In this document: positions 31,169 through 44,100 of the stretch, piece after piece
Layout of the letters: every line of letters begins with the position of its first letter
Position numbering within the stretch: position 1 is the first letter of the stretch
Source: Macrostomum lignano
Taxonomy: Eukaryota
NCBI GenBank assembly: GCA_002269645.1
Contig: NIVC01000544.1
Location: 1 to 64,000 of the forward strand
Reading direction: 5' to 3'
DNA length: 64,000 nt
Program-made: the position numbers and the translations under genes
The notes under the pieces: model-generated
Seen by the model: only the letters and a program-made list of their open reading frames with translations
Databases searched by the model: none
Told to the model about the DNA's origin: nothing

Positions 31169-33352
31169 ATGGCGCCTACTTGGAAGAAGTTTGCCCTTCA
31201 GACTGTCATCCTTTTTATTGTTTCGTGTTCCCTCAGCCAGCAGATGCATGCTACCACAACCTACTACTGCAAGAAGAGTTCTAAAATACAAGTGTATCAA
31301 ACTTCCGAGACCATTCGCCTGCATCTGAAGCACTATTTGTACAAATATCTGCACCCGAATCAGGAATGCAAAATCGGCATCAAGTACAGCGGCACTGACG
31401 CCTCGAAGTATCGCTGGCTGGTCTCAGTTGTCAACGCGAGCTTGAAGGCCTACTCAGCCACTGCTCAGTTCTACAATTCCGTGTCTGGTTATACATCTAC
31501 ATCAGACATTGTCAAACCGTCGTTGACTTCGGATACACCACTGCTCGACAGTTTCCAGTTCGTCACGGCCGGCAGCGAATTTGCCGTGAAGTTTACAACG
31601 AAAACATTTCCAGAAGCACTATCCACTGGACTAGTTGTAGAGGCGGAACCATTTAAAAGGTGAATTGTCCATGACTTTTACTATCGTAGAGATGAGGAAT
31701 GCGAATGAATTTTTACAGGGTAAACAAAACAATAGATTTGGTGAGCTCTTCAGTAGCATATCTAACTGTTTGCGGCTCAATCTACATGTTCAGGTGCCCC
31801 ACAGGCTGGTTTGACACCGGAATCAGCTGCTATGGTGTCCCGTTTCACCCGGAGACAGTTGCTACAAGGGCCGAAGCCGAAAGAGCCTGCCGTCGCCTCG
31901 GCCGCGGCTGGCTAAGCCATGGCATTTATCAGAAGGACCACATTCATGAGTCTTTAAAGAGCTGCCTGTCCTTGCTCGGCTCAGTTGAGACGATTAAACA
32001 TCCCCACTGGGTGGGAATTAATCATTCATTGATTTCGGAGTCGACTTTTAAGTACGAGTACGTTAATGGCTACGAGATTCCCTAGTGAGTGACCTTGCTT
32101 TTCATGATGCTGACTGACTGACTGACTGACTGACTGACTGACTGACTGACTGACTGACTGACTGACTGACTGACTGACTGACTGACTGACTGACTGACTG
32201 ACTGACTGACTGACTGACTGACTGACTGACTGACTGACTGACTGACTGACTGACTGACTGACTGACTGACTGACTGACTGACTGACTGACTGACTGACTG
32301 ACTGACTGACTGACTGACTGACTGACTGACTGACTGACTGACTGACTGACTGACTGACTGACTGACTGACTGACTGACTGACTGACTGACTGACTGACTG
32401 ACTGACTGACTGACTGACTGACTGACTGACTGACTGACTGACTGACTGACTGACTGACTGACTGACTGACTGACTGACTGACTGACTGACTGACTGACTG
32501 ACTGACTGACTGACTGACTGACTGACTGACTGACTGACTGACTGACTGACTGACTGACTGACTGACTGACTGACTGACTGACTGACTGACTGACTGACTG
32601 ACTGACTGACTGACTGACTGACTGACTGACTGACTGACTGACTGACTGACTGACTGACTGACTGACTGACTGACTGACTGACTGACTGACTGACTGACTG
32701 ACTGACTGACTGACTGACTGACTGACTGACTGACTGACTGACTGACTGACTGACTGACTGACTGACTGACTGACTGACTGACTGACTGACTGACTGACTG
32801 ACTGACTGACTGACTGACTGACTGACTGACTGACTGACTGACTGACTGACTGACTGACTGACTGACTGACTGACTGACTGACTGACTGACTGACTGACTG
32901 ACTGACTGACTGACTGACTGACTGACTGACTGACTGACTGACTGACTGACTGACTGACTGACTGACTGACTGACTGACTGACTGACTGACTGACTGACTG
33001 ACTGACTGACTGACTGACTGACTGACTGACTGACTGACTAAATTCTCAGTATGTGAAATTTATCTTTGCCCTCAGTAACGTAGAATCGACAGGTGACTGC
33101 AAACGCGATTTACTGTCCTGCCGCTGTGTTATCTACTCTGAGGGAAGGTTTGTAAGCGAGAGTTGCCGAGCCAAGCACAGGTACATTTGCATGATGCCGC
33201 TGTCGGACAAGTTTTGCATCGGTCCATCGCCATACAGACACACAATCGACAGCTACAATGGCTACGAAAGTGGCAACGGAATGGCTAAATCCGCCAGTTA
33301 CAGTCGGGTGGCGGTCCCAACGTTGATTGTTTTGATTGTGTTGTTCCAGTAA
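31169..33352 (+). CDS. CUB-like/C-type-lectin-like protein (paralog B), 3 exons, GPI-signal-like C terminus
   Basis: Exons 31169-31659, 31794-32084, 33076-33352, with the same intron positions and phases as paralog A. Shared motifs YLHPNQ.C, RWLVSVVNAS, CP.GWFDTGISCYG.PF, HRYIC.MPL. Ends VAVPTLIVLIVLFQ-stop. Confidence 0.82.
32110..33039. repeat. Uninterrupted (CTGA)n microsatellite, ~930 bp, in paralog B intron 2
   Basis: About 232 units with no interruptions visible. Confidence 0.98.
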
Positions 33353-35204
33353 ACAGCTCTTTAGTAGACTGAACAGTTACAGAGGCTTATACATCCTTCG
33401 CACGACTTATTGGCTTGTTTTAACGGCGGTGCGAACTATCACTCTATTTATTGCACTACAACAAACTTTATACACCCGCAGTAGCAACCAAGATTAAGAG
33501 CTTCTTGCACTTTCAAATCGTCGTGTAACAAATGTTTGTAAATTTACCTAATGACATAATTTGTAAGTTAAAATTTCTGGAATTTCGCGACATAATTTGA
33601 GAGTGCAACACTTTCTTACTATAAATTTAGCTATATATACAAACTTTAGTAGTTTCATGCATAAAATTTCCATACTAACCATAAACATCTAAGAACCATA
33701 ACATAAAGCTCCAAATGACAGTTAAATTATCAACAAAAAATTAATAACCAAATAAAGTTAAAGTTTAATAACCTAACAAATATTCAGGATGCTTATTGGC
33801 TGTTTCTGTTCTACCATCCATATATTTTGTTTTCATTTGGATAGTATTTTACATGTACGGTAAAATTTAAATAATTAATTGAAATAAAATAAGAATGACA
33901 GATACGGATATATGCAATGAAAACTGTAAAGCAAATAAAAACTAATTTAGTAACGCTGGTGGCGCGCTGATCAGTGCCCCCCCCCCCCTACCCGTGCAAC
34001 AATCCGACGCCCCTATCGGTTTCTCTAGGGTATCAAAATCAATTAAATCAAGAATCCTCTAAGAGTATCGGAATCGGTCCGCAGATCCTATCCAATCCCT
34101 TAGGAATAGGGAGGCCTCAAATTCAATAAACTCGTAATTTAACTGATCAGTAACGGCCGGCAATAACAGTTCTCAATCATGAAATAACGAAAACTCGAAC
34201 ACGAACGGTATTTATTTCCCTCAGAGATGTAGCCTCGCTTAGCTGCTCAAGCAAGCTCAAGATCTTTGGAGGCGGCTCCGAGTCTGAGGTTTCAGCTCGA
34301 CTATGACTATGACTATGATAAGTACTTCCGGCGCCTCAGCCTAAGTAAAAAGGCTCTTACGCCACTAGAGATAATTTAGGTTCCAGATTGGGAGTGTACT
34401 AATGTACACTAAAAGCCAATTAGACTATAGAGGACTGTACAGGGCAATAACATAAAATCCAAACCTCCCCGGGGGACAGTGACAGCGGTTCGACGAACCA
34501 GTCAGGAGCCCGTGCCCAAAAAACCAGGTTAGAAGGCCCCTTAGCCTATTAGGGATGGCCCGAAGGCCTAGAGCCGTGGCAACCATGCTGGGGCCGACCG
34601 CCCACCACCCCCGGGTACATATCAAAAACCTCCCCGGGGCCAGAGGGGGTTGAGTGAACCATTCAGGGAAGCCCGTGCCTACTCCTGGGTTAGATAAGCC
34701 AAAGCCGGTCATTTGACCGCCCCCCACGGCCGTGGCAACCCGAAGGAGCCTCCCCCCCCAACTAAACCCCGGGTACTCTTGCCAACAGACAGTCTCTTAT
34801 CTTTGAAGCGGCAGGAGGGCTAATCGCCGGGACTATTTCACCCTTTGCTTCGCCAACCCGCCATTTCTATTGTGACCGTGCCAACGGTCCCGTCCTGCTC
34901 AGACTCAGTCCTGGTTCTGGCACACTCCAGCTTTAATAGGGTCGCTGGCTGTACGCTCAGAGGGCACTCCGAGGGAGTCCGTCGGGCACCTTGGTACAGG
35001 TATAGGCCTGCCTTCCTATACAGCTACCCACAGCCCTTCCCGATCCACTATTACCCTCCAACCCAGCCTACTCACTCATTACAAGCTTTCAGCCAGGCAG
35101 AGACAAGTTTCACAGGAGTGACTGCGGTTAGGCGTCTCAGCTTAGGCGTTTCAGCTCGGATTTTTCGCTTCTTTTTATACACAATTTTTGCGAGCTATAA
35201 ATAG

Positions 35205-35305
35205 TAACATGACTTATCTTTTCTTTATGAATAGTAACATGATTCATTCTCTCGTTATTAATAGTAACGCGAGTCATTTTTTCGTTATAAATAGTAACAT
35301 GATTC
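35205..35305. repeat. Short ~30-bp tandem repeat (AATAGTAACATGA...) x4
   Basis: Four copies of AATAGTAAC spaced about 29-30 bp apart. Confidence 0.6.
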
Positions 35306-37143
35306 CAAGGACAACTTAAGTAGAAGGACGCAGCACTCGAAATCTATGGTAAATGTTTTGACGGCAACTTTTCGCCGAAAAAATACACTACAGAGATAGG
35401 TTTTAATTTTTTCAGCACGAAAATTGTTATTGCTTTTATCACACTATTTTTAAAGTCGGCCTAAAGTGTACCGGCCTAAAGCAATGTTGCCTTCAAAACA
35501 TTTACTATAGATTTGGAGTGTAGCGTCCTAAATATATGTTACTGGAGTAGTCCTTGCATGATTCATAGTTTAAGTTTTGCTGCGCATTGTTCTACTTACA
35601 GTAGCATTCTATGAACCTCTACACTCTGTTTCGTAAGTGTCAAAAACAGCGGAGAAAAACCTTTACTTGAACAATAATTACATTTCACAAGAGGCAACAA
35701 TCGGCGCTATGTAAGTTTTTACGCATCTTAAGAGGCGTCCATTGGAAGTGTACATGTACGTTGATCGGTCTACGCGTAAGAGTCATGGCTTTGCTTAATT
35801 GCAACGTTGAGAATCACGGCGCTGCATGGTGACAAAATGGAATGGCGATCTCCAAACGTGCAGATAAAAATTCCTGCGTACAACGTACCCCCTGGGATTC
35901 AAACTGCTTTTAAACTTGTATACAGTGAGCTTATACGCAGCAACGTTTGGTCCAAGCTTTCTATTCCACGAGCTGCAAGCTGTCGCCAAAAATTGTTCAG
36001 CTTTAATCCACAGGATTATTCAGTCTGTCAGAATGCAGCTGTGGCCAAGATTAATTTGAGATAAAATGATCGAGCTACGAATAAGTAGCCAAGAAAATCG
36101 ACAACTCAAACTTTGAGAATCTAAGAGAGGAAGAGCAGAAGCAATTTGAGATAAACTAACATTATATAGCTGAGGATCACGTGATTTTGGCGATGATACC
36201 ACGAACAACACTAATTCTTATTGGTGCAGCGATTTTTTTCAACTGCGTTGCATCGTTGAGTATTTTTAGTAAGTGAACCTCTTTATAGTAGAAGCTTGGC
36301 TTTTAAACACAACTACGAGTATAATGCTTGAATTTTATGTACACACACATCTTAATCCTGTTATTAACAATAATTTTACCAGGCATTTAATGCCCCTACA
36401 AAACATTCCAACGTACGACGACGTTATACTGACGTACCCGACGTCCTTAACGTCCATGTCAAGTGGGTCCTTATTTGCACCGGCGTACGATAAGCTACGA
36501 AGCGAAGTTTTTAAAATTCATTTTGCGAATTTCTGCCACTCCACGTAATTCTTTTTTTAAGTCGGCCAAACTTCAACTGTAATGTAAAAGTACTCTATTG
36601 CTTGTCATCGATGACATTTATATTATTAGTAGCTTAAATTGTAGCTTTTTCAAGTACTTTTTAGTTTTCAACGATGGATATATCTGTTTTTTACGAAAGA
36701 ATCAATAAATTTAACACGACGGGACGCCTGTATAGTTGCTATGGAAGAATTTTGAGAAGTCTCGATTTGTTCTTACAATATTAATTAGCTACTTCATATC
36801 TAATTAAAGTTACAGTTGTTCATGTCACTATCAAGGACGACTTAAGTCGTCCTTGGTCACTATATCTATGCTCTAGACTTAGAAGGAACGAAATACTATT
36901 TCTTCATCTAATCTAGGTAAAATAAGCATTCCACCATTTTTGAAAAAAACAATTAAAGCGATCGTACCTTAAGCTGCGCCCTGCTTTTTAGGTCATTGTA
37001 TAAACGTTCAAACATGACGCTACTAAATGATAGTAGTATTGAGTATAGGTACGTACTTATAGGTACTTAAAGTTTTCGTAAGTTTCATTTTGATTTCCTT
37101 ATTACAAGCCTTATTTTTTATTGCTACCACACCACACCTGCAG

Positions 37144-37640
37144 ATAGAGATGAAGCCACAACCCAGCAGCCGCCCTCAGCTGCATCGGGCGGCTCAGTGG
37201 AGGATGCTAGTGTCAATGATGACCTGCTGTGCGATAGCGCCGGGCCTCCACTTGGTCAGTATAGTAGTTACCGCGTTTCTTGAACAATGCAAGAAGGTGT
37301 GTGGAACTATAGCTAGGGAGGCATGACCAATAATTTATTCCTGGGAGAGGGCGCACCAATGAGTACATTGTTTAGATATCCCTAACCTTGTTTACAGTTT
37401 AAAGAAGCAATAAAATTTACAGATGATAAGTCCCCAATGCCCAAGTAGATCCCATTTTACAGGGTAGAAGCTTAAGATTCAAGCTAAGTTACAATTACAT
37501 ATCCATATATCCAGCTTGCTGTAAATTTTTGACACCTTGTGACTTGAACTCACACGCACTTCAATGCCTTCATTTCAGAGCTGCTAGAACTTCTCGATGC
37601 AGACGAGGACGATGACGACATCAATGCTTCCAGGAAATAG
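37144..37640 (+). CDS. Probable last two coding exons of an unidentified small acidic protein
   Basis: Exons 37144-37254 (CAG acceptor, GTCAGT donor, phase 1/1) and 37579-37640 (TTTCAG acceptor) splice in frame to ..RDEATTQQPPSAASGGSVEDASVNDDLLCDSAGPPLELLELLDADEDDDDINASRK-stop. The 5' exon is uncertain. Confidence 0.45.
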
Positions 37641-38123
37641 ATAAGGAACATGTTCAAACAGAATATTTCTGTTTTCGTAAACATGAACTACTATTAAATT
37701 TTAATGGCTTGCCTGTTTGCAAAATGTATTAATAATTAGCATTCGTAACTACAGACGCATACTAACCTAAAGTATAACATTGATATTAAAATAATGTTTA
37801 TTAATACATAAAGTAACTAAAAATGAAGAATTGAAAAACAGCTCCGAATCGGTTTACTTTTTCAGTTGTTATACAATCACATTCATCTTGTTTATTGTGC
37901 TGTCAATTTAAAACTGTTTTTTAGTATGAATTAGTTGCAGCTAGCTAGTTGGTGTTGTGTGACAGTTGGAAAGAAATTATAATTAATAACAATAATCAAA
38001 CTGAAGCGCAAGCGTGGAAGCAATTAGGGATACGCTTCTATCAAGTTAGAGGTGAGTAATTATAGCTTAAAGTTAGTCAATCGTATTTAGTATTCAGCAT
38101 ATTTGACGCTTGCTCATTGAGAG

Positions 38124-41100
38124 TCAACCAATTGGTTTGGCAGCATCACTGCCAGTCAAAGTAGTTATTGGCGTAGTAACAATGACGACAACGAGCAGGG
38201 CCACGAATATTATCATTAGCACACCGCCAATGCAGTACCATTTGTAATTCGGCCAGAAGATCTTGCGAAATGCGGCCAGCGAAGTGGCTAGAAAACTGTT
38301 GCCGATTGAAAGTCGCTTGGGATCGGGCAGATGAGGGTTCTGGTTAGGCTCGCCGCGTCCCAGACCCGCTGGCTTGAGCGTGGCCTCCTCCTTAGATAGC
38401 ATCTCCAGCTCCATCAGCAGTTTGCCGACCATCCACGCGCCGGATTTGTTGTCGCTAAGCTCGTGAGACTTTGACGTGCACAATGGCCAGTAGCCGTAGA
38501 CGCGTTGCACCTCGAACAGGTTGACAGTGTCGTCTGTTTTGTTTATAGCCGGCATCGGTTGGTCCATCATGCCGATGTCCATGCCCCAGCGTTGGCGCAT
38601 GAAGCAACTGTCCTTCGTGCGGGTTGGCGCGGCCAGCTTAGACAAGTCCACCTCAACGCTGCCAATAAAATCATCGAATCGGAATCGGCGATTGTCCCAC
38701 AGTTGCAGGTGCAGCATCGGCGGTATCTTGGTGAGGATTCTATTGAACAAGCTGACCTTCTGCTTGCCGCAGATGGTTCGCTCGTGCGGAAGATAGTCCA
38801 GCTGGAACACGAAGCGCCAATTGAACTCGCCCTCGCCATCCAGAGAGTTGTAGTGCACGTCAGTTTCTTGTGTATCGCCGAGGCCCTCCATCCAAGCACG
38901 AACGTACAGATCACCTGTGCATGCAGCACCGTAGTCAGTCTCGCTGATAACGTCGTGTACACTCCAGACAACTACGCGCAATTCGTACGGCTGTGGATCT
39001 CTGGGTGAAATGTCAACAGGCGGGGGTAGAAGTTCTCGCAACTTTGAAATCATCTCTTCTGCTTTTAGCTGCTTGTTGTCTTGGTCTGTAGCGGATAATT
39101 CTTCGTCGTTCTTCAAACCGCTTAGGCTGAAGATGTCGACCCACATCTCTAGACGACCTTGCTCAATATCAGGCTGCAGAGGACTGTATAGAGGACGGGT
39201 TTCCACGTGCTCTCGTACTAATGGCAACCGACGTAGAATGTTAAGCGCGAGGCGTTCGCGACAAATCTCCGGCTCCAGGTCGCTTGGACCTAGATGAATT
39301 CCACGGATCTCATTGATTGTGTCAAAGTCCTCCAGTCTAAATGTACTTGGAGCAGGTTTCGGCATTGAATTCCTCTCATGTTCAACCCGCTCTTTGATTC
39401 TTTCAAGAAGAGGAGCTTGCTCAAAATTGTTCTCGTTACCTATAGAGCTGTCTTCAACAACGGCATTATCATTTTTGTTGCCCTTTCGTCGATTAAGTAC
39501 TTCATTGAAAGCGGAGCTAGCTACTAGATCTTGTGGCTGCGGCATATTTGGAGGAACGTCCCTATCTGATGAATCGCCAGTTGGCATGGGTAGCACATTT
39601 GCCGTCATTCCGTCAATGTCATCCAAGAGTTGACTATACCGACTATATCTACCTCGATTCTTGTAAGGCTCTTTCGGACACCCTGGTGGAAATACGAGGT
39701 ATCGGTGCAGTAGCTTTGTTTCGTCCATTACTTGGTCATTGTCAGAACCCTCGTCTATATCGTTCTCCGTATAAAAATGAGGCTCCTCTAGACGAAATCG
39801 GCGACAAACTTGACTAAGAATCTCGCTGGGCTTGTCCATGTCGCGCCACGCGTTGACACCGGCCTGGCGATAGCACTGCGGCAGACCGCAAGTGCTCCGG
39901 TAGATGGTTGTCATGCGCTTCTCCAAGTCGATGGTTGTAGAACCAATCTCTTCGTCGAATAAAAACGTAGACTTGTCCATTATCCGAACTCGAAGCCGAG
40001 TTTGAAACGGCACGATGCAGTAAAGTTCGAACATGCGGCCGTACACCGGGTTGCTGTCCATCTCAATAGAATTTGCCTTGCTGCTGCTAAGTTGCGTCTC
40101 CTTCTTGTTGTCCGCCATGAACACTTCAATGTACGAATTTGGCAGACTAGACATGTTGCCAGCTTGAAGTTCCAGAGCTCGAACAACGTAGACACGAACA
40201 AGGCAGTCTTGTCGATTAGCTTCTTTCGGCACTGTGCCGTGTAGTTGAGTATACGGTAGCACGTTTTGCTGCGTCTTCGTTCGGTACAGCTGCTCCATTG
40301 CTTCTTCTACTTGATAAGGATCAACCAGGGCGCCCAGGTAGTAGAGGCGGACTTTCCCTAGGAAAATACCGCAAACTCGATTTTCCTCATCGGATGTCAT
40401 CTGGTTGCAGCGCATTAGATTTATCGACTCAAAAACGTCCTCAAATCCGTTGTACTGAACTTGATATAATCGACTTCGGCTCTCTTCTTGATTTTCCCTA
40501 CTAAGGAAACAATTCTCTTCGTTTAGCGGTTCGGCCGTTAGTTCGCTGGTAAGCATTTGGCAAACTTTCATGTACCTAATTTGATTATAAAAGTAGCTGC
40601 TTGATTCTCCGATTTCAACAACAGCGTTTTCCAGTTTTGTATAGTAGAACTCAAGTTTGTCACCTTCTAGATAGTTGATCGCCTTTGCCAGGCTATTTGT
40701 CTTGGATAGATAGTATTTGCACCACCAATCCGGCTTCGTCTTGGACAAGGTCTCGTCGCCTATAACCATCTTATAGTCAATGTTAGCGGACTGGGAGTCT
40801 TCGACAACTTTTTGATCACCACTGGATAGAAACAAGTTAAATAGAGCACCTTTTAGCTGACGAAAAAGTGTTGGCTTCTCCTCATACTTTTTAAGTACTG
40901 GATCGTATTCGTCGGTCCGGAAGTTACGCCGAAAAGCCAGCTGCGATGGTGGCTCAAATAGAAAGAAGAACTCGCGCGAAAAGTCCACTTTAATTGGCAT
41001 GCGCAAGGAGTCGTAGGTGCTTTCAGTATTCGAAGTTGACCGGATGTTGCCGCACATGGTGTCGATGAAAAAGTTAATCTCGTCCGGTTCAAGCTCATCT

Positions 41101-44100
41101 AAGTGAGCAGAGTCTTTAAACCGACACTTGTGAAGCGGAATGCGCGTCATGCCGATGAGCGGAGCGCGACCAAAAGCGCGAGAATCTCTAACCACCATGA
41201 AGAGCTCAGGCAGATAGGAAACTTCTAGAGGCAGGTAGATTAGCATTGAATGAGACCTATTCACAAAGGTTGGACTCTTATCGTATTTTAGAGTTTCTGT
41301 TTGAAGAACATTGTGCCCAACACGAAATTCGATTGTAGGATTGCTTACTCGGGAAAGCATGTACTTGCGAAGCTCTCTTAAGCCCCACGATGTTATCTTC
41401 AGCACATGAGGCACAAGAACAGGCAAGATCTCAGCTGGGATCTCAAATCGTTTGCGGTTATCCAGGACCACTCTGTCCTGTTTAAATAATTCTTCCATGT
41501 TTTTCTCCGGGGGTGTGAGGATCGAGTTCTCGAATATCTTGTTGGAAGGTCTCAGAGTGTTGAGGCAGCGAAAGTGAAATCCTGCTAGAACGCAGCCAGC
41601 ATCTTCAATTCCTCTCAGGTGAACCTTGTACCACTGCAGCACAGGAAGCTGGTCCTCTGTGTGCCTCTCGTTCTCCAACTGCACAACAAAGTTGTCGGAG
41701 TCAATGATGCACCTGCCGAGAAACATATCGTTGTGTATTGGCAACTTGCGAAAGAATTCAATAACCATCATTGGCGGGGAAGCGAACACCTGGTCCTCGT
41801 GTTCGTGAAACACCAGATTGCGGAAAATGATTGTTTCATTCCAACGCCACAGCTGCGTGTGGAAATCATTTTTTATTATTGATGTAGCGGCGCTTGAGCC
41901 AGAAATGCTCAGAATAGCGTACAGGTACAACTGGTTTTTGTCCTCGGCAATAGCAAGATCTCTGGCTTCGTGAAAGTAGCAGCGCATCTCCCATCGGCTA
42001 ATGTATTGGGTGTTTACAACAGCCGTCACTGTTATTGGCGTTGGGATATGCTCGATACTGTCAAACAAGCAGCAAAGGCGCGACTTCTTGCCAACTCGGC
42101 GCTGCACAGTAAACGATGGATAAGGAGCCAGCTTGATAACGCTGTCCCGCTTAGTGGACTGCAAGCTCAGACTTACTTCAGTTGGTTCAATCAGACGGCG
42201 CTTACGAATCCGCTTGACCCGATCGCCTTTCTGTTGGTTGAGATGAAATATCCCGTCAGTTACGGAGCTGCTGAATTCCGACCAGCGCTGAAATTCTTCA
42301 TTATTGCCGTTCAAAGAGTCGACTTCTTTGTTGATAATATCGCAAAGAATCTTCCGCCTTTCAAAAACGATGTCTACGAATCGGTCGTCTTTGATCCGTG
42401 GCAACATCAGCTGTTGCCAGTCGTCGATCCAGGTGAAAGTCTTCAAACTATGAGAGTCCTGTATGTACTCGCTGTCACCACCAGTAGTTCGCAAATCGTC
42501 CGTTGCTAAGTGCACAGGCAAGTCTAACGACATTGGCGCCAAGTTCTGCATATGGTTCCAGCATCGAATAGCCTCCTTGTCCAAGTCCATTATGTTCTTC
42601 CAACCGTCGAATCGGCAGACTCGTGACACACTCCAATTACCGTTGCGCAGCTTACTGTAGGTTAGGGTGATAGACTCGGTGAAGACAATGTCATTGCGTC
42701 GACGCTTTCTCTGGAGCAACTTCCTAGCAAAATTGCTGTCAAGCCGGACAGTTGTGCTGATGTCTTTCTCGCAGAAGTGAATATCTTTGCAATACTCTTC
42801 GGAGCCGTGCACTTCTATCCAGCCTAGTTCTTGACCAGTTATAGGATTCTTCTCTAGAATCACTGTCCACTTTTTCGTGTCCATCGCGAAGTTTTTGTCC
42901 AACTGATTGCCAGCCGCGACAATACGATCCATTTCCTCTGTAAAGTAGCCAATGAACTTCCACTCTGGCAAGCTGTCCTTTATTTCTTTAGCCTTATCTC
43001 GCATGTGAACCATGTAGACAAAATCGAAAGCAGTCTCGGCGGTTGAGCTTACTACTACGGATGTGTCAAGCCATGTTGTCCAGTTACCTTTCCATCGCCA
43101 GCTTGTCTTGCTACTGTCTCGGTCCTGAGTGGGCTTCGACTTTAAAAGGCTGCACGACGATTCGACAATATTGATACCCGACGAATCTGTTTTGAAGGTT
43201 ATTGAATCGTTCTTCTGAGAGCCGGAGCATAGAGAATCCATAAAGCCACTCAGTTTTGTGTACTCGTAGATTACTCCATAATAGTCGACTGGTGGCAAAA
43301 CGCCATTGCGCATGGTAGAGGCCAGGCCAAACAGTAGCTTCATTCGTATCATGCCCGGAAGAGGCCAGTACTCGTCCTCGTTGAAGCCTCGCAGGCCGGG
43401 TATCATCTTGAGGAATACGGTCATCATTCGATTCGCAGCAGAGCCACGATAATATGTATAGTCAACGTTCGAATTATTCATCGAGTCGACTGGATTGCTT
43501 TGCACAGCGTCGGCCTGGCAGTAGTAGATGCTGGATACTGGCAGACGGGCGTAAGCCCTACGCTCATTATTTACCAGCAGGTAAATGAAAACGTCTGGAA
43601 TGCTGAGCTGTGGTTCCTTTTTAATATTGTCCAGCAGTAGAGAAACGTCCGGCAGTCTCTCGCACAAGATTCGCGCAACTTTGGCTATTTCACTGAGACT
43701 ACTTGTCGAGTAAGACAATGCGCAATTGTGCAAAGCACTCAGCTTCTTTTTAATGTTATTGATCTGTTGTTCACGAATGCCTCGCCAACTCCGGTCCATG
43801 TCGTTCAAACCAGCTTCATTCGATGAATTGGTAGGGATATGCGCTGAATCGACGTGCTGAATCATCTCATGGCAAATGTGTCGAATGGAGTTAAGAGTGC
43901 GCCTCCTGCAAAGACCGAGCTTGTAGCTCATCAAAATGGGGTTTTTCTTCTTCTCCCACTTGTTCTCAAGAAAGAGAATGAAGTTGTAAAAGTGTATGCG
44001 ATAGCGGATGTCTTCCCAGGTACTCTCAACGAGGAAGGCCGGCTTGCCGTTGTCTAAGCTAAGCGTTGAGTACGAATGCCCGCTGAGAATGCGCTGCGTC

